From Mytilus trossulus (taxonomy: Eukaryota): 64,000 nt of DNA. Positions 50,693-63,301 of this stretch are shown piece by piece; the first letter of the stretch is position 1; each line of letters starts with the position of its first letter. The position numbers and the translations under genes were made by a program. Where the stretch lies: positions 62,868,001 through 62,932,000 of the forward strand of contig NC_086383.1 in the NCBI RefSeq assembly GCF_036588685.1. Reading direction: 5' to 3'. Below the pieces are notes generated by a model. The model saw only the letters and a list, made by a program, of their open reading frames with translations. It was not told the DNA's origin and did no database searches.

Positions 50693-53600
50693 GCAAGTAT
50701 CATTCATGTTTTCTTTTAATTATGTTGTCTTTTATTTTTAGAATTTTTTTCTATCTAATTAATAGAATATAAAATGGTGTTTAAAATTTTAATTAACTTA
50801 TTTAAGAAAGGCAAAAGATGGCTAAAAATAAAAAGACAATCAGAAAATTAATAAAACACAAGAAACAACATAGAAAACTGAACACTGAGCATTGCAAACT
50901 GTAATGTCGTGTTGCTCCTGTTATACACATTCGATAACTAGACTAATTCGGTAAATCACATTGATGAAAAGGGAATGGGGATTGTTATACAACTTAAGGA
51001 ACATATCTGATATCATATGTGAAACGGTTATTCAATAACAGTCAATCAACTCGTGATAGCGTCCGTAAAATTTTACGAATGGATGATTTCAGCTTCACCA
51101 TTTGTAACTCTTTTGTAATATTTTCCTTATAAGCAACAACTCTCTAGCAAGTAAATCATGATAGGGCATACAAGCGCGGGAATATCATATTAATTGCGAG
51201 ATACACACTTCGTATAAAGCCTGCTGGAATGATGATACAAAGAAATGGAAGGTTCACAATTGGGACGCTGAAATCTTGTTGTTTGTCTTAAAGACTTGTT
51301 TCATTGTCAATTTAAAGATGCAAGTCCAGATATGAGGCAGACTTAACTGTTTATATTGTATCCTTTATCTCTAGTTGGATAGGATAGATATTAGTCAAGA
51401 TATGAGGCATACTTAACTGTTTATATTGTATCTTTTATCTCTAGTTGGATAGGATAGATGTTAGTCAAGATATGAGGCAGACTTAACTGTTTATATTGTA
51501 TCCTTTATCTCTAGTTGGATAGGATAGATATTAGTCAAGATATGAGGCATACTTAACTGTTTATATTGTATCCTTTATCTCTAGTTGGATAGGATAGATG
51601 TTAGTCAAGATATGAGGCAGACTTAACTGTGTATATTGTATCCTTTATCTCTAGTTGGATAGGATAGATGTTAGTCAAGATATGAGGCAGAATTAACTGT
51701 TTATATTGTATCCTTTATCTCTTGTTGGATAGGATAGATGTTAGTCAAGATATGAGGCAGACTTAACTGTTAATATTGTATCCTTTATCTCTAGTTGGAT
51801 AGGATAGATATTAGTCAAGATATGAGGCAGACTTAACTGTTTATAATGTATCCTTCATCTCTAGTTGGATAGGATAGATATTAGTCAAGATATGAGGCAG
51901 ACTTAACTGTTTATGTTGTATCCTTTATCTCTAGTTGGATAGGATAGATATTAGTCAAGATATGAGGCAGACTTAACTGTTTATAATGTATCCTTCATCT
52001 CTAGTTGGATAGGATAGATATTAGTCAAGATATGAGGCAGACTTAACTGTTAATGTTGTATCCTTTATCTCAAGTTGGATAGGATAGATATTAGTCAAGA
52101 TATGAAGCAGACTTAACTGTTTATAATGTATCCTTCATCTCTAGGTGGATAGGATAGATATTATTCAAGATATGAGGCAGACTTAACTGTTTATATTGTA
52201 TCCTTTATCTCTAGTTGGATAGGATAGATGTTAGTCAAGATATGAGGCAGAATTAACTGTTTATATTGTATCCTTTATCTCTTGTTGGATAGGATAGATG
52301 TTAGTCAAGATATGAGGCAGACTTAACTGTTTCTATTGTATCCTTTATCTCTAGTTAGATAGGATAGATGTAAGTCAAGATATGAGGCAGACTTAACTGT
52401 GTATATTGTATCCTTTATCTCTAGTTGGATAGGATAGATATAAGTCAAGATATGAGGCAGAATTAACTGTTTATATTGTATCCTTTATCTCTAGTTGGAT
52501 AGGATAGATATAAGTCAAGATATGAGGCAGACTTAACTGTTTATATTGTATCCTTTATCTCTAGTTGGATAGGATAGATGTTAGTCAAGATATGAGGCAG
52601 ACTTAACTGTTTATGTTGTATCCTTTATCTCTAGTTGGATAGGATAGATGTGTTCATCATGCGGTCACCACATTTTAAATTATTCAGTAAAAGAACATCA
52701 TCTTTATAGCGCAGAGTAAAGTGAACGGACATTGTTTACTTTTTTTTTCATCCTAAGAAGTTCCAGTATAAAGTCAGCCTCATACAAAAATAGAAACGAG
52801 TCAGAAGAGGGGCACAGTGGGTTCCCATTCGAATTCTAGCAAACTGTAGAAAAACACATCCTCCAAACGTCACAAATATGTTGTCAATCAAGAAATCAAG
52901 CATCATGATAATGTCAGTTTCAGAGATATTTTTGCTTGAATCAGAGTTATCCTCTACAAAGTGGGATTTATCTCTTTCTAAGACACGAAACTTTTATCTT
53001 CGTTTGCCATTCTTTTTTTATGAAACAAAGCAATACCATCTCAATATTATCCTTTATGTATGTGTTGGTAGGTAGCTGTTTTTGTGTACTGTAAAATTGT
53101 TTCTTTTAAAAGGATGACTGCTGTACCCACATTTTAATAATTTAATTTATTGTGTCTGTTTAGTAAACACATCATTGTAAACATAACTGAATTTGATGAG
53201 ACTGTTATCAAAGTGAAAGGGTAAGCGATATAAACCCAGGTTTAATCCATCGTTTTCTACATTCGAAAATGCCTGTACCAAGTCTGGAATATGACAGTTC
53301 TTGTACATTGGTTTTTTATGTGTTTTGTTATTTGATTTTGATATGTGATTTCGGACTTTCCGAATTGATTTTCATTGAGTTCAATATTTTTGTTATTTTA
53401 CTTTTTTTACACAATAGGACTTTTTCCTCCCTAAGACATAACACTTGTATCTATGGCGGCCATTTTTTTTTTTTTTATGAAACAAAGCAATTCCAACTTT
53501 TTTAATTTGAAATGGGGAATACTTGTGTAAAGTGTAGAATAGTCAAATGTTTTAATACTATTGCAAGATGAAAGAGTCTTAGATTGTATGTACTCTTAGA

Positions 53601-56600
53601 TTTTTTGAATTTTTTAGTTAGTATCTACATCTGATAAACCCCACCTCTAGAAAAGGCAGTTTCACAATAACTTAAAAGCCCAGCTTTGATTGCTTAAAAG
53701 ATAAATGTTACGAATTGGAAAGAGGTATTGTGGAGCACTTGGAAGACTTAGCATTATACCGTTGTTTATAAGGACACTTCTGTAGTTTAGGTATTCAATA
53801 CAGAGATGGAAGATCCAGGTCTTCATCTTAGGAACGTAGAACAGACATTTGAATATCCGGGATTTCCTCTTTGATAAGTGTCGTGAGGGTATAAGTTGAA
53901 TTTCCAAGTGAATTGTCAATACCTTATAATCGGATTTCAAATAGGTGTTGAGCCACAGGTACTGGGACTGGGTAATACACTTGTTGCTAATACTGTCATG
54001 CTGCTAACTGCAGTACAGGAACGGAACTTTTTAACTATAAACATTATGAGAAATTGGAAAAATCAACCAAAAAACCATATCCGTATTGCGTTTAATTTTA
54101 TAATAATATTATATCACAAGCTGACTTCCATAAATTATTTTTCGTCAAATGTGAATTTCAATGGTGTCAGTTCAACCAACTCGTGCAATCTCTTTCAGAA
54201 GGCAGAAAGTTGCTGGCCAAATCATCCCTGCTCAGAGAAAACAATATGTATCCCGTCAAAATCAAATGCTCATGTTTGCCTTAAGTACAAGTTATCCGGA
54301 GGTAAGTTGTTCTTATCCTTTTTAGTTTTTTACAATTATTCACGATTCGTTCATGAAGGATACAAAAACATAACTTAATTTTTTCTTACCAAATCTATTC
54401 ATATCTGCGTTGTTTTCAATATATAGGGAACATCTATTATGATCTTTGGACATGTAATTGTAAAATTAAACAGGAGATTTTACCTCAAGGAAAGAACTAT
54501 ATTACCATGTTCTACGTTATTTTCCAGATCTAACAAGCACATGTATGTTCATGTGCATTATGCTATTAATAACTATGTACCCGTCATATCAGTCACGTGT
54601 CTTTGAGTATTAAGCTTCACTTGCATCAGTTATCAGAGGAGCATCAATTCAGGAATATGACAGTCGTTTGCAAATTGTTTGATGTGTTTGAGCTTTTGAT
54701 TATGAATTTCTTTCCTATTATTTTTAGTTTTTAATTTTAATTCCTACCACTCGTTAGTTAAAGATTAACCGACTACGAAATTTTAAAAGGACCAACATTA
54801 ACACAAACATGACAAAACGACTAAAAACCCAACAAACACACAGCAAACACTACATGTAACAATTATACTTGATTAACACGATATAAATGGCCGAGGTAAA
54901 CCCAAGTGTTCTTGTTGGGTTAACAGTTTCTACATCCCATGCTAAAAATGTTTTTTTTATAATGTAAAGAAACAAACTTAACATATCATAAAATTAATCA
55001 CAAAACAATTTAGTTTTTCTTACTGTATATGACTTTTCAAATATTTATTTTTCCTTCTTCGTGCAAACTTATTTATTTTGAAACCTTTTTACTTGAACCA
55101 CAAGTATGAAAAGACAAATGAAGACGAGTGGTATTTCTTTTATTTCTATAGTCTTATTTTTTGTTATTTTTGAAATCAGAGTTTCACATTATAACATGAA
55201 GCAACTTAATATAAAAACAACGATAACATCAGGAGAGTCATAATGATCTCATATCAATTTGAAAACTTTCAAAAATAATTTCCCTTATTGCACTTATGCT
55301 CATATGTCATACATCATGGATGAAGATCAATGCAACTTTCAAACCAAAAATTAAATAATCTCACAACTTGCAAAATCTATAACTATATTGTTACGATAAT
55401 CCAATAATAACTTCATCATTAGTTCAAAACTTGTTTATAAGACTGTTTTTAGGATGAACAGAAAGTTTTAAAAATTCATTTTATAAACTTTTAGAAACAT
55501 TTCTGGAGAATATATCTTCACCAGGTTTCCCAGATAAGTATGAATACAATCTCAACGTGACTTGGACGATTAAAGCTGGAATTGGTAATAAAGTCATCTT
55601 ACGGTTCACACACTTCGAATTAGAATCCTGCTGTGATTATGTAAAGGTGATATTGAATTTATTTTATTTGATAATAATTTGATTTTGAATGTATCACATT
55701 TTCTTATTGACTAACCACATGTTGTTTATCAGCTCATAGACATCATTTTGTCACGTGGCTCAGACTTAATCAATGTTTTATCCTGACTTATTCCGGCTTA
55801 AAATTGAATGTAGAATTAAATTATAAGGAATGACTGTTATATATATTTGTTTTATATTCTGTCTATTTGAAATAACATTCTTAAAAATCTGGTGCACACA
55901 CAACGCAGATTATTAAATGTGTATTATTTTTTTTACTGTTATTTCGAATAGACAGAAAGTTTAAAATCATTTCCAGACATCATTGATAAAGTAGTTGTTT
56001 ATAAATCATATGCAAATAGATGTAAAATACCTTTAAAGGACATCAAATTATAAACTTGACTCTCTATTTTCCATTATTCCTACTTGTATCGAATTGTTTC
56101 AATAACGATGATATAAAGCGTAGAAAACGATGTGTTATTCAAGATGGAAAGCAAATAAATTTGAGCCGTATAATTTACAGAAACTCGAGCGCTTTATTAA
56201 TTTTGATGATTTCTTGATATAAGAGATTGTTGGTAATTTGAGAGATAAATAAGTTAACGTAATAAAGAACAGGTTATATTAGAAATATTGATCAATCAAA
56301 TATTATAAACTTTAATTTTGAAACATTAACGGTGCCTGAATGTATAATTGTTATTATGTGAAAGCTGTTATAAATAAGTCATATATGTAAACTCAATATA
56401 GCTACATTTTGTACCTGCCTACGCACGTTTTGTCTACATAAGAATTCCCTGGAGAATCGAATATTTTAAGGCTTCATATTACCATTTTTAAAGCAACTTT
56501 CATTAAGATCGTATCTTTTACAGTTGTCAACCATATCATAACAATAGACACGTCAGCATATGTTGTATGATTGCCAATATACTATTTAACTACATAAAAG

Positions 56601-58355
56601 AGGGACGAAAGATACCAAAGGGATAGTCAAACTCATAACTCTAAAACAAACTGACAACGCCATGGCTAAAAATGAAAAAGACAAACAGAAAAACAATAGA
56701 ACACATGACACAACATAGAAAACTAAAGAATAAACAACACGAACCCCTCCAAAAACTAGCGGTGATCTCAGGTGCTCCGGAAGGGTACATCAACATGCAT
56801 GTTATGTATCCTAAGGTAATGTTGTACGACAACTCGAAAAAAAAACGTATCTGAAGCTTTAATAACATTGTTAACATCCCCCGCCCCGGTTTCTGGTGTG
56901 GTTTGTGTTGCTTAGTCTTTAGTTTTCTATGTTGTGTTTTGTGTACTATCATTTGTTTTGTTCTTTTATCCATGGCGTTGTCAGTTTATTTAAAATCTAT
57001 GATCTTGAATGTATTGTGCGTATTTGGGGTGGTTTTTTTTTATTCTACATAGGCTAGATGTATAAGGGGAGGGTTGAGATCTCACCAAACATGTTTAACA
57101 CCTTTCAATGTTTGGGGTCTCCGCCATTTTTCAATCTAGTATGCTATTTATTTTCATTTTAGTTCATTTATATACATATTTTGGAGTTAAGGGTGTCGTC
57201 CATTATACTGAACTAGTATACAATTTATTAAGGGGCCAGGTAATGCCCACCTCTGGGTACGGGGTTTTCTTGCTACCTTGAAAACTCATTGGTGGCGTTC
57301 GGCTGTCATCTTCTCTTTGTTCTGTGACATATTCCCCATTTCCAATATGAATTCTAACTTTTTATGACACAATATGAAAAAAAGAAACTTCCATGACACT
57401 TTTGTTGTAGTCTTATAATAAAATTGGTACAACTCAGGAATTCGTCCTTAACTAAAACCAAATACATCTCGATGATAATTCATTTGCTGATAATTATCAT
57501 GTTCAAATTGTACTTTACGTTCATACTTTTGTTGCCTATAATCTCAGCCTCAACCATGAATATCAAACTGAACATTTTGCAAGAGCTTATCACCCCAGCC
57601 TAGAGCTTCTTAAATTATGTTTTCAACGGAGTAGACATTTTTTGTTTAAGGGAAGCACTTAGAGTTACTTGTGTTTAAAACTTGTGAAAATTACAAGATT
57701 AAACAGAAAACCAGCCGGAAAAGAAAAAACATTATCATCCAAACATAAGCTAACACACATATCCAAACATAAGCTGAGACTATCATCCAAAAAATAAATT
57801 CGATTCTCGCCCAAACATAATCTAAGACTTTCATCAAAACATAGGCTAAGACGTTAATTCACACATAAGCAAAAACTTGCAACAAGGCATAAACAAGGCA
57901 TAAGCCAAGACTTTCGATCAATCATAAGCTAAGTCTTTCAAAGCAAAGAGTTGAAACCAAACATAAACTAGGACTTACTGTACCAAGTCAGGAAAATGGC
58001 AAGTGTTATATAATGGTCAATATATGTATGTACGTTTGTTTTTGAAGTAGTTTAGTGTATATACTACTAGTGGCTTTATTTTCCAAAACCCACTCAAAAA
58101 TTTTATAAGACAGAAAGCGGTGTGTTTTCTTACACAGATTCAAATATATCCAGTATTATTGCATTAAGGTTATCCTTATTTTATTTGTTGTAGGTCTATG
58201 AATGTGGTGTTTACAGACTTTTATTTAGCTTTAATGGTGAGGAACTACCACCAGAGGTTCGATCGATCGAAAATTGTATAGCTATTATCATGACAACTGA
58301 CGGTTCCGTCAACAAAGGTGGATTCAGTGCTAATTTTTACAAGATAACATCCTAA
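50366..58355 (+). CDS. Copy B (whole span): secreted PAN + EGF-like + CUB protein, 247 aa; join(50366..50692,54199..54301,55495..55646,58194..58355)
   Basis: All four exons are open and phase-compatible (0,1,0), 744 nt in total. The first intron starts GC instead of GT. Confidence 0.8.
50805..52990 (-). mobile_element. Decayed Penelope-like retroelement in copy B intron 1 containing a 70-bp array
   Basis: Colinear with 36160-37056 on both sides of the array (GTHCAP, LRYKDDVL motifs on the minus strand). Confidence 0.85.
51321..52650. repeat. 19 x 70-bp tandem array derived from RT coding sequence
   Basis: Unit TTAGTCAAGATATGAGGCAGACTTAACTGTTTATATTGTATCCTTTATCTCTAGTTGGATAGGATAGATG; single-copy equivalent at 36804-36873. 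Confidence 0.97.
54199..54301 (+). CDS. Copy B exon 2: 4-Cys EGF-like module
   Basis: TTTCAG| KAESCWPNHPCSEKTICIPSKSNAHVCLKYKLSG G|GTAAGT. Confidence 0.9.
55495..55646 (+). CDS. Copy B exon 3: CUB N-terminal half
   Basis: TTTTAG| (E)TFLENISSPGFPDKYEYNLNVTWTIKAGIGNKVILRFTHFELESCCDYVK |GTGATA. Confidence 0.9.
56597..56786 (-). mobile_element. Short Penelope-like 3'-end insertion specific to copy B intron 3
   Basis: AAAGAGGGACGAAAGATACCAAAGGG...GGTGCTCCGGAAGGGTA; absent from the homologous copy A intron near 40490-40500. Confidence 0.8.
58194..58355 (+). CDS. Copy B exon 4: CUB C-terminal half and stop
   Basis: TTGTAG| VYECGVYRLLFSFNGEELPPEVRSIENCIAIIMTTDGSVNKGGFSANFYKITS*. Confidence 0.9.
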   Translation, partial: VYECGVYRLLFSFNGEELPPEVRSIENCIAIIMTTDGSVNKGGFSANFYKITS

Positions 58356-61300
58356 TCAGAAATCAGTCATAGACAAAGTTTATTGTTACAACTTCTTTAG
58401 CGACGTAAACCAAAGAAATAGCACATTGTTTCATTTTCTATAACAAACTTTTACATATTATATGTCAAGGTCCAGTCCTACTATAAAACTTTTCAAAGAT
58501 AAATTTTTATTATCGTTTGTGTTAAATTTCTTTCCATTTATTAACTTATTAGTGACGATAAAGACTTTGACATAAAATGCAAAACATACAGCCCGTAACA
58601 GAGTAGTGATCGAATTCGCGTTTCTTTATCGTCAGAATAAGCTACGTATACGTTATCGACAAACTTATTTCAGAAGTGAAATTTAATTTTCATCATCGAC
58701 AAAATATTTCATGTCCAACGTGTGAGTTTTCATTGTTTAAGTCGAAGTTTTTTAAACACAGTTAAACATTTTTCATAATCAACCTCTGTCATTGGCATTT
58801 TCATTTTAACGGTAAAGGATCAAATACAGGATCTCCGAAATTTCTATCATTTGTTACGAGGAAATCATTATTCAATCGAACATATGTCTTTGTTCATGAT
58901 ACATATTATGAAATACAAAGGAGTTGAATTAATCAAATACTTTCGAACTGACGGAAACAAAAATACAGACTCTAGAATGTGTGTTCTGTCAGAAACAATG
59001 GCTTCGTCGTGCGAATCGACGAGATCATGTTACATGAACTGATCTTAGCTGTAGAAACAGTTGGTGCGACCTCGATTAAATCTTTATCAATTTAATATAA
59101 GCGATAAATATTCATAACTACAATGATAATGAATTTATTGGAGTCACTTCAACTGTTTCTACTGTAAACATGAACTCGTCGGTTAGTGCAATGAAGGCAC
59201 TTTTAAAGATTGAGATTGTTGGTTTATTCTTTACACCTTCGTGGTATTAAAATTATTTTAGTGTTTATTTAAAGTTAAGTTTATTTTCAAATCTCTTCTG
59301 TTTAAAATTGTCGAAACTTCCGTTTAAGATTTCTGTGGTTATCTATCTATTCTATAGTTAGGACCATTTTATAATAAATACCCTTTTCATTTGTACAAGA
59401 ATACTTTCGTTATAGAAGTATAGATCTGCTGGTTATAGATTTTTCTTTAAAACTTTCATTATTGTGCCGACGCGCTATGAAATTCAGATTAATTTATAAA
59501 TGAAGTTGTCTATAAATTTTTGGTCATAAACACAAATCTTTTAAACAGTTCGACGAGTGCATCAATGTTACAGTAGTCTGTTTACTGTAAGTTACTAGGC
59601 TTGGCCCGATTCATCTGTCATTTATGGAAACTAATTCAGCACTTTCTGAGACATTCATTTTTATTTTACCATCAGACATTTGTAACTAAAGGAAAACTCT
59701 AAAAATTAAAGAAATTTGACATTATATACTGAAACTTTCTTATAATCAATTAAACGACTGCTTTTCCTAGATTTTTCATGGTCATGGTCCTTGAAATGTT
59801 CTGACCGTCCTAAGATTTAATTTACGGAAATGTTTCGGTAAATTAAATTCAAATCCGAATTGAATGTTTATGACGCACAAAAAGAGAAAGTAGAATATCT
59901 TGATGACCAAACGTATGTACACGTTGGGGCGATTTAGAGCTTTTCAGAAGGAGTGAGATTCCACCCTTGTTGAAAGCCTTGTGGAGACCTCTAGATTTTT
60001 AAATTCCCTCCGTTTTTCTCATCGATGGAGTGTGGTCTCTCTGTAAATTGTCTCATATCTTTTCATTTTCCTATTTACCGAAGGTTCCATGTGAAAATTC
60101 CCATTGCATCATATCTGTTAAACTAAATGTACAAAACAGGCTCAAGAGAAGGCGACATTTCTTTTTCAAACCCGAACTAGAAATCCGTTTTTTTTCTAAA
60201 AGAGCACCTTTCATTATCGTCAATGAGTTAAGGCATGTGAAAAATTATATAATCATACACAAGAAAGAAACCGTGAACAGGCTTTCAGCAATAATTTTTA
60301 CGTTCATGAATTTGATAAAGAACAGATTTAACAAAGAAACTGCCCGGAACCCGACGTAAGAGTACACGTTTTACTGCACGCGTAGTCGGGTGCGTTTACT
60401 ACGAGGAAACTTGTACCCAACTACGCGTAAAGTATGAGTACAGAATCGTCTTATACAGGACATTTTCTATGTTATCTTAGTATACTATCCGACAGTTAAG
60501 AATAGAATCTGGTCAAATTTTGAAGTTAAACCTGTGGGAATTTTTGATTTTTGCCACGGACCATTTAATTTTCATGGAGGAAGGGGCCTGGTAGTTTTTA
60601 GAAAACAATATTCTGAAAAATCAGAAATACGGAATATTATATGTGAATGGTTATGACATCCGTTTACCCTACATGTTTTTAAAGTCAAAGAAAAATGTTT
60701 TAAGAACCAGCTCTGTGTAATTTGACTATATACAAGGACGTTAATATGTTTACTCTGAATTGAAATTATCTTTTCGAACTTTTTTAGTAATTGAGAACCT
60801 ATGTTGTTTATAGGTAATAGGTGAAATGTTGCATGATCCCTCAAAATGACAGCAAGCGCAGTTTTCCGGACGATTTTCATTTGTACACTGCTAAAAATTG
60901 GCCATGGTATAATATTTTGGAGAATATTTTTTTTACTGACTTTTACTAAAAAAATACTCTCTGTGTGTGCCATTGCAAGAAATAGTTTTGCTCGGTTTTT
61001 TTTCATATTAAAAAAAAAAAAAAAATTTTAAAAATTGTACTAGAAACAAGTTTGGCATGTGAAACGGACGAAGACATATTTTAACAGAAGTACAAATACT
61101 AGTCCTCCCTTTTGTGTATACATATGAGAAAAAATTTCAAAGTTATTGATTGAATTCAAATCTATTACACATACGGTACACATTGTAGTTCGAAAAAATA
61201 AAGGACTTCATTCCAATCAAACACCTTTTTTATTGTTTACCAGTATATTTCTTTTAGTTTTGGGTAAAATTGTGAAGGAAATAATACTATCAAGACGTCC

Positions 61301-62659
61301 TTCCATAAATCTTTTTTTTCTGTTCTGACTTTGAAGAAATTACTACTTTTCGAAATCGATCGAAATGGTGCATGAACATATTTTGTTTCATATTATAAGG
61401 ATTATTTTCAATATTATCGGTATTAAACTTGATTATCGACACATGAAAATTTGTCAGCATTGTCAATCTTTTTTAATAATGTTAAAGTACCAATAGTTCA
61501 GTCATTACTCAATTAATTTTGTCGATAACGTAGCTAATTTTGACGGTAAAGAAACATCAATTCGATCACTTCTCTGTTACTGGCTGTATGTTTTGTACAG
61601 TTACTTTATGGAAACCCTAGCTTTTTTTCGTTCTAGATTTGTGGTAGACGCTTACATTTGTTTATATTGTGCCCAGTTACAAATGTATACCAAGATAAAT
61701 GCATAATTGATTGTCTAATTTTAGAACAAAGAATGATTAGACTTTGCAATATGTGATTTCACTAGAAAATAAGCAGAGTTTCTTTTAAAGTTGATTATCT
61801 TAATAGGTTTTTGTTGTAATTCGGTACAGTTTGTTTTTATTAATTAAAAGATAATAAGCTGTTAAAGTATTGTTGAATATGACAACTTATATTTGGTTGT
61901 GAACAAGTTTTCTACGTCCAACTTTTTGGTAAATCAAATAAATAATGATGCAAAATCGCATACAGCCAAATTACATCAGCAGAAATGTAAGACACAAATG
62001 CAAAATTCACCATAGCATAATAACACAATGAAAGGATATATAAGTATGTAGCCACTTCAAATGGATTTACCCAAAAATGGAATAAACAATGGAATTTATA
62101 TATCTGATAACTATGTACTAGAATTCATCAATTCACATGTATCTATCCACTGTTCCTCTGGTATCTTTCGGCCCTCTTTCATATATTCCGATACTTCAGC
62201 TGATGGTCATGTTAGCATTTATCTGAATGCTTTATGAACAATTTCATGAAGAGCTTTATGAATTAAAGTCAAAGTCATTTGTTCAAACTGTCGGGTAACA
62301 TTCTACTCAAATCAAAACCATTAAAAGTTTATTTTGCTAGCTTATACGTGCCGCTTCTTTATTCCTGTCTTATGTTGTCATTTTTTATATATTTTATCAA
62401 ATTTTAATCCACATCTAAATTGTATATAACTTGCCTTAATATATCTCATATTCGATACTCACTTTGGTTTTTTGGGATAGATTCATGTAAATTGTTGAAG
62501 TGAAGTAACACTCCATCTAATGTATTCATATTTCAAACAATATAATGGAGTAACAGGTTTACATTAATTAAACTTTATATTTACCATTTACCTAACTACT
62601 GTTTTGGGTTTCGGTATCGGTTTCGGTTTTGTTATCGGCTTATGGTAAACAGGTCTAAT

Positions 62660-63235
62660 TGAGAACTTTCCATTTATATGTAGCAACATTCCAGCAGCGC
62701 CTGCATACAGAATATATATCTCCCAATTGATACAATATTCCCGCGCATGTATTTTCCATTATGATTTCCTTGATAGAGGTCTGTTGCTTACAATGAAACT
62801 ATTTAACCAAGATATCAAAATAGGGAAGGTGAAATCATCCCTTTTTAAATTATACGGACGCAATCACGAGTTTGTTGACTTTTACAGAATAACCGTTTCA
62901 CGGATGATATCGGATATGTTTCTAGCGTCGTAACTACAATTCTCCTTCCCTTTGCATGAATGTTTACAACCGAATTAGACTATTCACCGAATTTGTATAT
63001 TACGAGCACCACGACGGGTGCCACATGTGGAGCAGTATCTTCTTACCCTTCCAAAGCACTTGAGATCACCCCAGCTTTTTGTGGGGTTTGTGTTGCTCAG
63101 TCTTTAGTTTTTCAAGATGTTTTTTGTGTACTTTTATTTGTCAGTTTGTCGTTTTTTTCATTTTTAGCCATGGCGTTGTCAGTTTATTTTTTATTTATGA
63201 GTTTGACTGTTCCTCGGGTATCTTTCGCCACTTTT
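62660..63235 (+). mobile_element. Penelope-like RT 3' fragment
   Basis: NFPFICSNIPAAPAY...SQLIQYSRAC...MISDMFLAS* followed by the shared 3' UTR. Confidence 0.85.
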
Positions 63236-63301
63236 AAATTACTTTAAAAATTCGAAATATAAAAGACAACATAATTAAAAGAAAACATGAACGATCCTTA
63301 C

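Noticed and set aside
53896-54378. 160-aa ORF as a single-exon gene
   Set aside because: Only 54199-54301 is exon; the rest is open intronic sequence by chance.
60030-61115. ORFs 60030..60359 and 60572..61006, and possible MITEs
   Set aside because: No protein motifs or splice support, and element ends could not be defined.
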